Notes under the pieces: model-generated
Told to the model about the DNA's origin: nothing
The model's input: the letters and a program-made list of their open reading frames with translations, nothing else
Databases searched by the model: none
In this document: positions 48,838 to 63,618 of the stretch, in pieces
How the letters are laid out: every line of letters begins with the position of its first letter
Numbering within the stretch: position 1 is the first letter of the stretch
Position numbers and translations under genes: made by a program
NCBI GenBank assembly: GCA_026023565.1
Contig: JAPETS010000013.1
Location: forward strand, 62,001 to 126,000
Direction of reading: 5' to 3'
Length of the DNA stretch: 64,000 nt
DNA from: Cirrosporium novae-zelandiae
Lineage: Eukaryota

Positions 48838-51675
48838 TCATTCAAAGTATCCCGGAGGGATGAGGTTGAGACCTGCGATCGTGCCAATGCTACCGATCAC
48901 GGCCCATGTAAATGCATTAGCAGCATATTTTGCGACATCTTTGGCTATTCTCATCCGCTTTGCTGGCCGAGCCACATCACCGTATTGAGCATGTGGACCA
49001 ACGTTCTCAGGAGATGTTGTGGTAGGTTCGTTCGAACAAATAGTCTCTTCTGGTGAAGCATCATCTGCCATGGGAGGTGTGCTTGATTGAAGCATGGATG
49101 TTTCACCCCCCTCAGAAATCTCATTGGCTTTACGCTTCAATTGCCTCGGAATTGGTTTAGCTACTGGTTCACCCATAGGCTTCTCTTGTTTTTCCAAGAT
49201 ATCATCAATCGATACACGACTGGCAGGCTTCTGGACATTATCCGCATTCTGCTTGGATTTTCCGACCTGAGTTGGAATGGTGGTATCCACCGAGGATGTA
49301 ATATCGGGTTGATATGGGCATTTTTTGACATGGGATTCCCACATGGTTGGTGGGGTGGTGTCGTTAGCTGGATTCGTCCGTGGTGTTGAATTTTGGTAGT
49401 CGTTTAGATAAACCGTAGTAGGGACTGCGTGTATAGTGTTGTGCATAGAGATTTGTTCGACCCTTTTACGCTTGGCTTCACCAACGTTGGTAAGAGACTT
49501 TGGATCATCCCGTGTCTGATGTGCTTCGTAATGTAAATCATATAACGAGAACGGGCCCTCGGAATATTTAGGACCCTTGTCAGGATTGGGGATCTGGCTG
49601 TGTATCCCAGGAAGCATGAAATCTATTGCGTAGGATGATGGCTCGTAGGATTTCGATGGATTGGGAGGAACACTTTGATTAACTATTGGACCAGGGATAT
49701 CGTACGGGAGAAAAGAGATATGGCCTGTAGAAGTATCATGCGTTATGATGTGGTGGTCTAGAGATGCTTTGGGGCCTTTTGCCATAGCAGCATCTGAAGG
49801 GCTCGCTTCTCGATGAGGGATCGTAGGCAGAGAATAATCACATGCCGTCGTACCTTTAGGAGTCATAGCAGTGGTCGTCAAAGAAACAATGGGGTTGTAG
49901 GTAGTCGGTAGACTTTCTTGCAAACTGATAGTGGTAGAATGGTTTTCGCCAGCTCTAGAAACCACTTGAGAAACCACGTTAGAAGCGCTAGGCTCAGGCT
50001 GAACATTCTCGACTCGAGCGACATTTGATTTAGGATCCCGGATTTTGTTTGTTTGGGCATTAACCCCTACAAGATGATGTTTTATCGTTGGTAAAGAAGA
50101 TGTGGAGATAGTTTGAGGCTTGTACTCCGATACCGTAATCATAGGGCTAGGTAAACGGTTACTCTCAGAAGGGTTGGCCTCATCAAATTCAAAGGCCTCA
50201 AAGGTATCTTCTGGATCATAATATCCAAAAGAAGACGCATCCGCATCGCTCAGTGCTTCGGAAACTTCGCGCGATTGATCTGCTTCAGACCCCTCGTCGT
50301 AGCTCGCAGCATCGGCATCACTGTTTTCCCCTTCAGAATATCGGGCAGATCGGGTTTCATCGTCTGAGTATAAATTTGGATCAGGCTCAGAATCAGCAGG
50401 GTCAACTATGCTGTGGTCTATCTTAGGTTCGTAATCGCCTTCGTTTTCAGAACTATCTTCTGTGTGATATCCAAATGGAGGCTCATGTCCAGCGTGAGGT
50501 TTCTCAATGTTGGATTCACCTACTCCTTGGCTTGGCTTATTGCTGATTTCATCTGGCCTTTCGTCATCGCTATCAGACAGAACAATTGGGGAACTGCTGG
50601 GAACCCGGAGGATGCCATGGTCTTGCAATTCAGAACGTGAAGGATGTTCTTTCGCTGCTTTTGCCTGGCTGTCTGGTATTTGAGTAGCCATGATGCTCGC
50701 AGGTATTGCACACGGGAAGCTATTCTGATCTGAATTTTTTTCTAACTCGCTAAAACCAGTTTGGCCTTGATACTCTTGGTCTCCCCTTGCAGGGCTTGGT
50801 GATCGTGACTCGCTTTCAATACTAACATGCGAAGTTCGATCCGAGTTTGAAGTCGAGATTCGACGTTCCTTGTCCCCACCATTTGTATATACACGGGATT
50901 TGTCAGGGGTAGGCACGGAAGGTTGGCATAGTACTTCGGAAACTATTTCCATATCGTCATCGTCATCGTCGTCGTCGTCATCTGGAACAGTGAAGACATT
51001 AGGTTGACGGAAAGGTGTAGAAATGTTGGGACGGTCGTAAGTGGGGCTGGAATGATGTATCAGTCTCACGAAAATCAACAGCTAAAAGAATTCATGAACA
51101 TACAAGAAAAGATCAACGGTATATGTTACCCTAAACTCTCGTGCGTTGATGGTTGCTAAAATATAGTATTCGTAAATGATCTTCCTCTCTACCTGGATAC
51201 AGGAGGAATTTGTTTTTACTAACCTGGCCCACGAGTTATTGCCTGACCAAATCTTATGACGTCTCCATTAAAAAGTACGCGATTCACACCCGCCAGAATT
51301 CTTTCGTTTTTGACCCAGGTACCATGCATAGATCCATTATCTTTCAGATACAACTGTCTTTCCTGAGGCTTATACTGAAATTGTGCCTGATCTCGTGACA
51401 TAACTGGACAGTCAAACCAAGTATTATCGGGGGCAGCAACGAGATTCTTATGATGAGTTTTCGAAGACCGCCCGATCTTTATGGAGAGGTTTTTGGAGGT
51501 GAGGATAAGTGTACGGCTTGTGTCTTCTCGCTTTGTTGCATCATCGTTAGGTAATAGATTTATGATGACTATCGGAGAAATGGTTAATTTGCTGGTCAAA
51601 AGGGGCCGAGACTGTGATAGATTATTTGCAGGTATAGAGCGTACCTTTAGAATCAAGAAAGTTGTTGGTATCCAT
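48838..51675 (-). CDS. FHA-domain protein with a long disordered region and a C-terminal tail anchor, 4 exons
   Basis: IKIGRSSK...FDCPVMSRDQA...LKDNGSMHGTWV...GDVIRFG (FHA). Hydrophobic C-terminus AFTWAVIGSIGTIAGLNLIP preceded by PAKRMR. Predicted ATG at 51675 with three GT-AG introns. Confidence 0.8.
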
Positions 51676-52601
51676 GATGAACAAAGACCTGGCAACCAAC
51701 CTGGAGTTTGAAGGATGTCAAGGCACCGTGTCTTCCGTGTCTTAGAATGAAGTAAAGTCGGTCGGGAGTTGAATAGTAGGCCCGAGCACATGAAGCTGCC
51801 TCGAGCCAACGACACTCGAAGTCTAAAATCGCAGTGACCGAGGTACCTTTTAAAGGGAGTGTCGATAGTAGAAGAGAAATGAACGGGAGAGGACAAATTT
51901 TTGTGTTGGAAGGTGTTGTGATGAGTTATGTAAAGTACAAAGACAACGAACGGTGCAGATGAGGTGGTGAGCTTCGGCGGGGTAAGACTGTCCATTAGGC
52001 AGAAGCTCGCTTCTTATCGATTACCTGTGTACCTGGTTACTGTAATTACAGCCTAAGGTAATTACTGTAACTTTTCCCTCCAACTCATCTCAGCATGAGA
52101 AAATAACCATATGAAAATAATCAGATACTTTATCGAATGTTAGTTAAGTAGACCAGCTTTTATATCTATCTACTATGGCTAAAATCATTCAACTCTCCCC
52201 AGGTGAGGTGGTCTTGGCATTTAACACAACGTAATCTACGGAGACCCAACAAGTACAGTAAATCGTCACCTACCTAATAAACAGCAATTAGCAAATCAAT
52301 TCATCAAGACAATGACATTCCAATCAGGATAGAAAGTATGACTCCTAGTAGGTATTCTACTGTACACGATTGTCTCTCCACAACCTTCCATAGCTGAAAG
52401 ACGAAGCTTCTCAGCCTAACGAGGATGCGCCCTTCTCAAAGGCTGGCGAGAAAGGCCCCAATTAATTACAGGATCGAATTCAAACTCAATGCTGTGACTG
52501 CTGACCACATAGACCAAAAATGTGTATTCCGGAGGTGAGATTCTTGACCAGGTAACCCGTAATTTCAAACGTACCGAACATAATCATCGCTTTTTATCAT
52601 T

Positions 52602-54712
<2,111 letters not shown>

Positions 54713-55136
54713 GATTGAATTACAGAAAAGATGCCGTTAATTAAAGAATATAACACGGCAATAAAGAGGGAGAGAAAGATGGAAAGTAAATGGAGGAAGA
54801 GGAGAAGCGCGAGCTGGAAGTTATTGATTAACAGCAAAATGTTTCGAGGAGCTCCAGTCTGGCATTTGGTGCAGGGATCTGCCAACGGCGCATTACAGGT
54901 CAACAAACGGGCCAAAAAGGCAGAACACCACGGTGACAGGTAAACTTTGGTGGGGGTTGAAATATGACTCCTGGATAAGACGGGTTATATCTCTTGACAA
55001 CCTGCGCTCCTCGACTCTAACATTTTCCTAAACTGGTGTTACTTTTCAGGCATTTGCACATCGAGAGTCTACTTAATACTTTTCTAATATACCCATTGGA
55101 ATACTTCAATCAATTTTAGGACCGCATTCCAATATC

Positions 55137-57313
55137 ATGGCTGACACTGAGCCCGGCCTCTTGCCCTCACGACCTCTTGCCAACCCGGCACCCGAGTCTA
55201 AAGTTGTAGAACAAGTTGTATGTTCAAGGCTATCAAGATTCAAAGGCCGTGAACTAACGACTCCAGGTCAATCCCTTCGTAAGAACTACGACACATCTTG
55301 GCCTAGCAATAATGCAAGCTCATTATTCTTTCAGGATGTCTCTGGTGGAGTTGATGAATCGGGAAAACTATTAGCTATCGACTATGATAAGATTATTGGT
55401 CAATTCGGAGCCCAGCCATTAACAAAAGATGTATGAACAAGTATTTGTTTAATGCATATCCTTTACAATTTTCTATACTAAAAAACATGACTAGATCCTT
55501 GAGCGATTCGAGAGAGTCACGGGGAAGAAGCCACATAGGTATGGACATGCTTGCGGGTCATCATGTACGGACGTGATGTGAATTTGATATGGATCCTAAT
55601 ACTTTTCCTGAAAATGGCAGATTCATGAGAAGGGGTATTGTGTTCAGGTAGCCACTGCAAAGCTTTGATATTCAGTACCTGACTAATTTGAGTAGTCATA
55701 GAGATTTTGATCAGATACTCGATTACTATGAGAAGGGGGAGCCTTTCTATCTCTATGTCAGTCTACCTTTCCTAGACAGTTCAATTAGCTTACTGACAGT
55801 CCCTAAGACGGGAAGAGGGCCTAGTTCAGATTCAATGCATGTAGGGCATGCAGTTCCGTTCGAGTAAGAGCCGTCAATTTATTTTGATGTGAGCAGTATA
55901 TTAATGACCACAGGTTCACAAAATGGATACAGGACATTTTTGATGTCCCTCTTGTGATTCGTAAGCCATCGATTCCTGAGGCTCACGTGCTTTTAATATC
56001 TAACATTCTACTATCTAGAATTGACGGATGACGAAAAGTACTTACACACTTCAAAGCCAATTGACCTAGAAGAGTTCGAAAGATACACATTAGATAACGC
56101 AAAAGATATTATTGCCATTGGCTTCAATCCAAAATCCACCTTTATCTTCAAGGATACAGATTTTGTTGGCGGGGAATTCTACAAGAACGTTCTTCGAATG
56201 GGCAAACGCATCACCCTCAATTCGATGAAGGGTAAGCTCCTATAGCCTCCTTGAGACGTTTATATAGCTCACAAACCCAAACAGCAACGTTTGGTTTCAA
56301 TGACTCAAACAATATCGGAGAAGCCTTTTTCATGGCTATCCAATCTGCTCCCGCCTTCAGTAGCTCATTCCCTGGCATATTACCCGCAGCATCGCCATCC
56401 CAATCCACTAGCACTAAACAGGAAAAAAAACCAAAAAAGGGCTCGAAGAAATCCCCCCCTATCACACAGATCCCTTGTTTGATACCTTGTGCTATTGATC
56501 AAGGTAAGTGTCTCCATCTACCCCAGGGGTTAATGATTTGTAATAACTAACCGAGAAACTCAGATCCCTACTTTCGTCAATGCCGTGAACGTATGTGAAT
56601 TATCTGGACAACTAGGAAAATATTATTTATATTTCTCTCTGCTAATACCAAAGTACAGATGCTCGGCATTTAGGTGCTCCAAAGCCTAAGCTAATTCATT
56701 CGGTGTTCCTACCAGCTTTACAAGGCCCTGGGTCCAAAATGAGCGCGTCTATCGATGAATCTGCGATTTTCCTTACAGATACGCCCGCTCAGATCAAGAA
56801 GAAGATCAATAAATGTTTGTGTCACGTTGGCCCCACCTGTATGACAAAACATGGCTTACCTTTTAGATGCATTCTCCGGGGGGCAGCCTACTGCGGACCT
56901 GCAACGCGAGAAGGGAGGAGACACAAAAGTTGATGTATACCGCCCCGAGATTTAATTGTATAGTGACATCTTATTAATAACTTGAAAGGTTCCATTTCAA
57001 TATCTCACGTTTTTCCTTGAAGATGATTCGAAGCTCGAGGAGATTAAACAGAATTACGAGTCCGGGAAGATGCTCACCGGTAAGCTTTCTCTCAGCGATT
57101 AGAATATATCGATGCTAATCTGGTATCTACAAAGGTGAAATCAAAGCAGAATGTATCCAGATCATTCAGGACTACGTACGAGAGTTCCAGGAGCGGAGAG
57201 CAAAAGTCACAGATGAAATCCGGGATGAGTACTTTAAACGGCGCTCCCTAGAATTCAAGGGAAATACAAATCCCAAAAAGGTAGAAACGGAAACAAAAGA
57301 GGCCAAAAACTAG
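55137..57313 (+). CDS. WRS1: Cytosolic tryptophanyl-tRNA synthetase, 15 exons
   Basis: Spliced [39 protein letters not shown] (HIGH), [32 protein letters not shown] (KMSKS), YAFSGGQ and MLTGEIK; stop TAG at 57311-57313. Confidence 0.93.
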
Positions 57314-57635
57314 ATTTTGTATAGAGGCTACTGTATGAATGGATAAAAGGTAGATGGTAGCAACCAAAAACAGGTGTATTCGGGCAGTGAATTTTCGCTT
57401 TCACTCATGGTCAGCCTTGTATAGGGTCATATAGACGCCAGGACTATCCATGTACTGTCGATGCAATAGTAGCCTTCGTGCATGAGCAAGCCAAAAGTAG
57501 AAATTCATTGTGTAAATTTGAGACCAAATTAGTAGTTTAGGTGCTGAGCGGAGTGAGACAGTCGGTAAGAGGCAAGTAGAAACAGGAGATAGCCGGCTAT
57601 AAATTTTGCCTTGTTTGCTCACCATGTTATATTCA

Positions 57636-57648
57636 TTCCAGAAGATTC
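57636..57648. promoter_or_regulatory. Putative heat-shock element (TTCcaGAAgaTTC) upstream of CPR6
   Basis: Three alternating nGAAn units about 160 nt upstream of the ATG of an Hsp90 co-chaperone gene, a class known to be Hsf1-regulated. Confidence 0.55.
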
Positions 57649-57806
57649 TTGGCCTCACCCAATTCACTTTAACAGGCCCGTGGAGAGCTTCCTCTTCCCT
57701 TCGCATTTAAATTTCGCTTTGCACATCTAACCCTTAACTCATTTTCCAACTCATTCTCCCCCGTCAATTGCAATTGAACCACAGTTAAACCTCAAGGAAC
57801 CGCAAC

Positions 57807-59270
57807 ATGGTTGAAGAAAAAAAAGGCAAGCACACTATATAAATCTTAACTCTTAACTGAAGCTGACAAAATGTACTTTCAAAGCTCGCAGCTTTGTGTA
57901 TTTTGACATCCAGATTGGCTCTAAGCCAGCTGGAAAGATTGTGATGCAGTTGGTATGGAAGATAACCTGCCCCGCTACCCCGCTTAGTGATATTTGCTAA
58001 CGTGGGGTTCTTCTGGTCGTTTAGTTTGACGACAGTAAGCTTGTTTCATACTAATCAATGAGGATGGACATAGTCTAACATCTCAATTCAGTTGTTCCCA
58101 AGACTGCAGACAACTTCCGAGCACTATGTACTGGCGAGAAAGGCGAGGGCAAGCAAGGAAAGCCACTGTCGTACAAGGGTAGGATACAGACTTCCAAAAT
58201 ACTGTCACTAAACTGACAAATTTAAAGGCTCAATTTTCCACCGTGTGATTAAGCAGTTCATGATCCAAGGAGGAGATTTTACAAACTTCAATGGCACTGG
58301 CGGAGAATCCATCTACGGCGAGAAGTTCCCGGACGAGAATTTCGAGCTGAAACATGATAAACCATTCCTTCTTTCGATGGCCAATTCTGGACCAGGTATG
58401 TAACTCGATAAAGCTCCAGATCCCTTATCCGACCGATCTGACACCATGTTCTATAGGAACCAATGGATCCCAATTCTTCATCACTACAGTCGCAACACCC
58501 CATCTCGACGGCAAGCACGTCGTCTTCGGCGAAGTTACTGGAGGGAAGAACCTCGTTCGCAAGATTGAGAACCTAAAATCCCAAAACGACAAGCCTTTAC
58601 AAGATGCTACCATCATTGGTACTGGTGCCCAGTCCCATAACTTTTCCCAGCATGCTAATCATCCTACCTAGAATGCGGTCAACTCACCGAAGAAGAAGCA
58701 GAAGTTGCCTCCAAAAAGGTGGTCGATTCAACTGGCGACAAGTACGAAGACTACCCCGAAGATACGACTCTTCCTCAAGAGCCCGCTGAAGTCCTCAAGA
58801 TCGCTCAAGAATGCAAGGAATTTGGAAACAAGGCCTTTAAAGCCGGAGACCTAGCACTCGGCGTGGAGAAGTACCAGAAGGGCATCCGATACTTGAACGA
58901 GATATCTATTCCTCAGGATGAGATGGACAAGGAGATGAGCGCCGAGACTACAAAACTGCGCTTCACATTGCATTCAAATTCCGCGCTGCTACAATATAAG
59001 ACGCAGAATTGGCAAGCCGCAAAACATAGTGCGGATATGGCATTGGAGGTTGGAGCCTCTGGAGATGCAGACAAGGCAAAGGCTCTATACAGAAGAGCGG
59101 TGGCCTATATAGGCATGAAGAACGAAGAAGATGCCCTGAAGGACTTGGAGGAGGCTGCAAAGCTGGCACCTGGAGATCCTGCGATTGAGAAGGAGAAGAC
59201 CACAGTGAAGAAGAAGGTTGCCGAGAGAGAAAAGAAGGAAAAGGCAGCTTTCAAGAAGTTCTTCCAGTGA
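57807..59270 (+). CDS. CPR6: Cyclophilin-40 (PPIase D, cyclophilin plus TPR), 7 exons; first intron GC-AG
   Basis: [60 protein letters not shown]...[10 protein letters not shown], then TPR ([16 protein letters not shown]) and EKAAFKKFF. Confidence 0.93.
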
Positions 59271-59691
59271 GATGGACCACATCAGGTATGTTATGGGTAT
59301 TCCATCCGAAACTACATACAAGAAAGTTGGTAGAGGGGATTTCATACTACAGGAGTCGAATAGGATAGAAACCATGTTTGAAAGGCGGACAAGCGAATAT
59401 GAAAAGTATGAGGCATGATGCATGAGCATAAGGCTTGGAGGATGATGCATGAGGCATGAGGCATGAGGCATGAATTACAAATTCCCAAGGCCACTCACTA
59501 CCTGGCCAATACTCATGAATAAAACGCTAGTTTATTAGAGCTGAGAGATGATTAAGTACCATCATCCGATCTATATCACTCAGGATATGGTATGCAAATT
59601 TTGTTTTTCCCATGCATGTAGCTGTCATTTCTACCCTTCTCATCTTTTCTCCACGTCCGTCCATATCCACTCGGCCCCAACTCCCGACTCC

Positions 59692-61466
59692 TTATACTTT
59701 CAAACCATTCTTAATTTTGGTTTTTCTAACCTGCTCCGCCGAAACCTGTTTCTGACATTCAGCCAAGATGGAAGCCTGTCTAGCAATTTCCGCCAACCTG
59801 CCAATGACCTCCTTGTTCCCATCATAGAAGCCGTAAATTGCATAAGGAAGATTGACCTCATGGCAGAACTCGAGCAAATATTTTTGCGCCTGTCGGAGAT
59901 TATGGCGGGGCATGCGAGGGTAGAGGTGATGAATCGCCTGGAACTGGAGGCCTCCATGGAAGAAATCCAACCACCAGGGACAGTCAACGTCCATGCAGGT
60001 CCGGAGTTGGTGCTGAGGGAAAGATTCGGTGGGACCGAGGTCGGCGGTGGACATGGCGAAATGCGAGAGCGTAATCTGTACGTGCAAAGGTGCTGTGATC
60101 ATGTGGGAGATCATGACGAATTTGAATTGATCCCAGCCAGTCGGAACATTTAGGTAGAGGGTAAAATATCCAAACCATATCCAAAAGAACACCTGGCCGG
60201 CAACTTCCAACCACCGGTGCCATGCGGCGATCCCTTTGCGGGGGCCAAGACCGAGGAATAGGTATTCCCAAGACAAACGGTAGAGGTTGAAGCGGCCGAA
60301 GGTTAAGATGGGGTAGTATAGGTAGTTTTCATATTTGATGAATGTCTTCGCAAAGGAGTCATACAAGAGGGTCTTATCATAAAAGGTTGAGCGGAGGGAA
60401 CTGAGGAAGCGATGATCCACCGCAAAGAAGGGGAGATGTTGGATATCCGGGTCATGTTCGGGGTAGTTGGTTACGATGTGATGGACGTTGTGATTGCGTT
60501 TCCACCATCCCAAGCTGAGTCCGCCGAAGAAATCGGCAATAATAATCCCAATCACAGTATCAATTTGGAAATTGTGCGTTACAGAAATGTGACCGGTATC
60601 ATGAGCGGCAAAGACAAGTTGGTGCCAGAAAATACCTAGGAAGGCGCCGGAGCAACCATACCAGCCTTTGTGGAGGAGAAAAAGAAACATGATGAAGAAA
60701 AATGAGTAGCGTATGCCTTCGATACCATAGCACCAGTAGCGGCAGTCAAACAGCCCAGCATCTTTGAGACGCTGGTCGAGTTCTCGATATTTTTGGATAA
60801 TATTGTCCTGGACTTCGGGAGCAAGAGAGGGGAATATGGCAAGGTCATGATCAATTTCTTCCTTGGTTCTTAGGTCCAATAGCGATGGCTTTTTAGAATC
60901 TGGTGTATCTTCCACGGATGATAGGGAGATATCCGAAGTAGGTGATTCAGCTCTCTTACTCTTCTGTCGCCTTTTCGGTACAGAATTTGATTTCAGAACT
61001 GGGTCAAACAAAGGTGAGGGGGGATTGCTCTGAGTGGAGGAGGTATTTGCATCATCATCTGCACTTGCACATCCAGAATCTTCGTTGTCGTCTCCTTCAA
61101 CATATGGGCGAAATTGGCCTCCTTGAATAGGAGGTCGAAAGTTGACCCATTTACCCTCAATTCTTCCAATCTGATATCGTTCCATTGTGCTCCGAGTCTC
61201 GGCAGAATGGTATCTATCATATTCAGTCAGCGAGAGGTTCTCTAAAGAATAACTGAAATTGCAATTGCTCACGCATTTATTTCATCGGTGGCATCTTTAC
61301 CAACCACATGTTGGATTGACTTGTCACCGCCAGGGTGGTACTTGATCCAGGCATTTAATCTCAAAACCTTATCCTCATATATAACAATATTCTTGCCATC
61401 GGCAATAAGCCCTTCAATCTGTCTCCGGGATAGAATAGTATCCTTGGGACTTGTCGATATAGCCAT
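59692..61466 (-). CDS. SLD1: Sphingolipid delta-8 desaturase (cytochrome b5 fusion), 2 exons
   Basis: HPGG heme motif and His boxes HDTGH, HNVHH and QAIHHLYP, plus WWLDFFHGGLQFQ. Confidence 0.88.
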
Positions 61467-62187
61467 GGTGGTGGTGGGGTTGTGTCTAGGTACAGTATAA
61501 ACTAGAATGTTTATAGCATCAATGAATATCAGGTCTAGAGATTAGCAAGCAATAAGATTGAGTGAGGATGAATCCATGTCTAACCAGTCAGACAGTGAGG
61601 ATATGTAAAAAAGAGGTAGAAGAATGAAAGGATTTTGGAGAGGGGAGGGTGGAGGGTTTAGCTAGATGTTGATTTTAGCAACTCAGCGGATCAGGGAGTC
61701 CCATCAGATTATCAGATCATCCATCGTGGTCAATCAACGTTGGACCCCACAGTTGTTATTTAGGGGAATTGGATTAATTGGATTAATTGGATTGGACTAA
61801 TTACTACCCGTTCAACGTGTTCAACGCAGGTACCGTACTACCAACACTGTCTACGAGTACTCTCCAAACTGTCTCTATCCATTATTCCTTCGCTTTTATC
61901 CTAAGGACCTTATCTACAAAGTACCAAAGTACTATCTCAATAAAACCATTCATCACCTTCTATTTCCAATAACCAATAAACTCTAAAAACTGCTATTTTC
62001 CAACATTCACCAGTCACCAGAAAGGGTAAATGCCTATTGCCCGTGGATACATAATTAGCGTGCAAGTAGCACCGTTGTTGGGCCTCCCCACATAAAGGTG
62101 GTCGATTCTATTATTCGACATCGTATATAAAATAAAGGGTAGCAGGAGGCAAAAGCCCATTCCATCACTCATCATTTGTTTATATTT

Positions 62188-63018
62188 TTATTCGAGGAGA
62201 CTGTCAGGCAAGGTAAACGTGATGATCTTTCTTCCGTCGGGGTTGGTCTCACTACTTTCTCCCTCCTTTTTCTTCTTCTCCGGCTTGGGAGGAGGATTTG
62301 TATTAATCTCGAGGGTGACCTAATGACAAGAGTGTAAGCTACAGCCGTAGATGATGAAGTGGTGGAGCATCTAGACGGTTCAAAGCATAGCTGGCGATTT
62401 ACCGCTGCGTCCGCACTGTGATAGTCAACACCTACGGGCCCATCGTTCACCGATCCAACTTGCATCATAGCCTGGAAGACGCCATTTTTCACTTTGTCTT
62501 CAGAATATTTCTCTTGTACTTTGGCGAAGAATTGATTATAAAGGTCTCTTGCTCGGTTGGGTGGAGCGGCTCCGTGAAAATCCGGTTTATTGCCTTTCTT
62601 GGTATTCGCAAGTAATGTAAATTGGGATACTGTATATGATCAGGGAGGTCCTCTAGGCTTTTAATGCATGATACAAACCACACAAAACCTCTCCGTCGAT
62701 TTCGCGAACGTTCTTTTTCCACTAGCAATAGAAAGACTGGTTAGAGATAGCTATTTGGTATGGCATGGCAGGGTTGGCGTACTCCTGCACCAGACTCATC
62801 GGGCCATATTTTTAAATTCAAGACCTTTGAGGCCATGGATTCCACCTCCTTTGTCGTATCTTCGGGGGCTACTGCAGCGAAAACAAGCAGGCCTTTTCCA
62901 ATAGTTGAAATAAGTTCCTTGTCGACAGTAACAGAGGCCGATACGACCCTCTGAACAATGGCTTTGGCTTGTTACTAGTTGATCTCACAATTGCACACGG
63001 AGCGTTCCAACCTTTCAT
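62188..63018 (-). CDS. DTD1: D-aminoacyl-tRNA deacylase, 5 exons
   Basis: Spliced MK|AIVQRVVSASVTVD...IGKGLLV...W KKNVREIDGEVLC|VSQFTLLANTKKGNKPDFHGA...GVFQAMMQVGSVNDGP|VTLEI, with the SQFTL and NxGP motifs. Confidence 0.93.
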
Positions 63019-63618
63019 GACTACTGGCGACGGGTTCTAAAATGGATGCGCTTCCACAAATCGATATTCTTTGATCTTGACCGGTACCTATTATTGGAAA
63101 TAGACCATCATTATTAATTTCGTAGGTAGACGGGGATATTGCATTCTCGAGGATACATTACTATGTCACAACGCCCATTCTAAGAACAAGTTGATGGAGG
63201 AACTAAGGTAGTTTATTAGCAAACAAGTCTTCAACACAAAGATAGACAACAATTACAACAATGCAAAAGTCATTCCCTGAAACGGAGATACAGCTGGGGC
63301 GAATATTAATAAAGCAATGCTTGCCACAGCAACAAGGTAGAAAGTATCGGCGCACCAGAGCATGCCCGTAGTTGCGCAGATAGCAGATCACGAGCACCCC
63401 AACGCGCGCTACACGTTCATCACTTAATTACATCAAAAGCCTCCCCTCATCTACATCCAAGTACAAAGCCTCCCTGGTTCTAGTTCACAAACTCAATGCG
63501 ACGCAGGTGTTCGGAGATCCAACAATTTCCTCGACAACACCTGAAACCACAAATTACTCCTCAGCCCTACCATTACATCCTACCTATCGTCGCCTCCACT
63601 ATACTTTACTTCCCCGCA

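Noticed and set aside
3235..52058. CCTNAGG motif upstream of several genes (about 3235, 5369, 17416, 37971, 52052)
   Set aside because: A motif with six specified bases is expected many times by chance in 64 kb; it cannot be supported without enrichment statistics.
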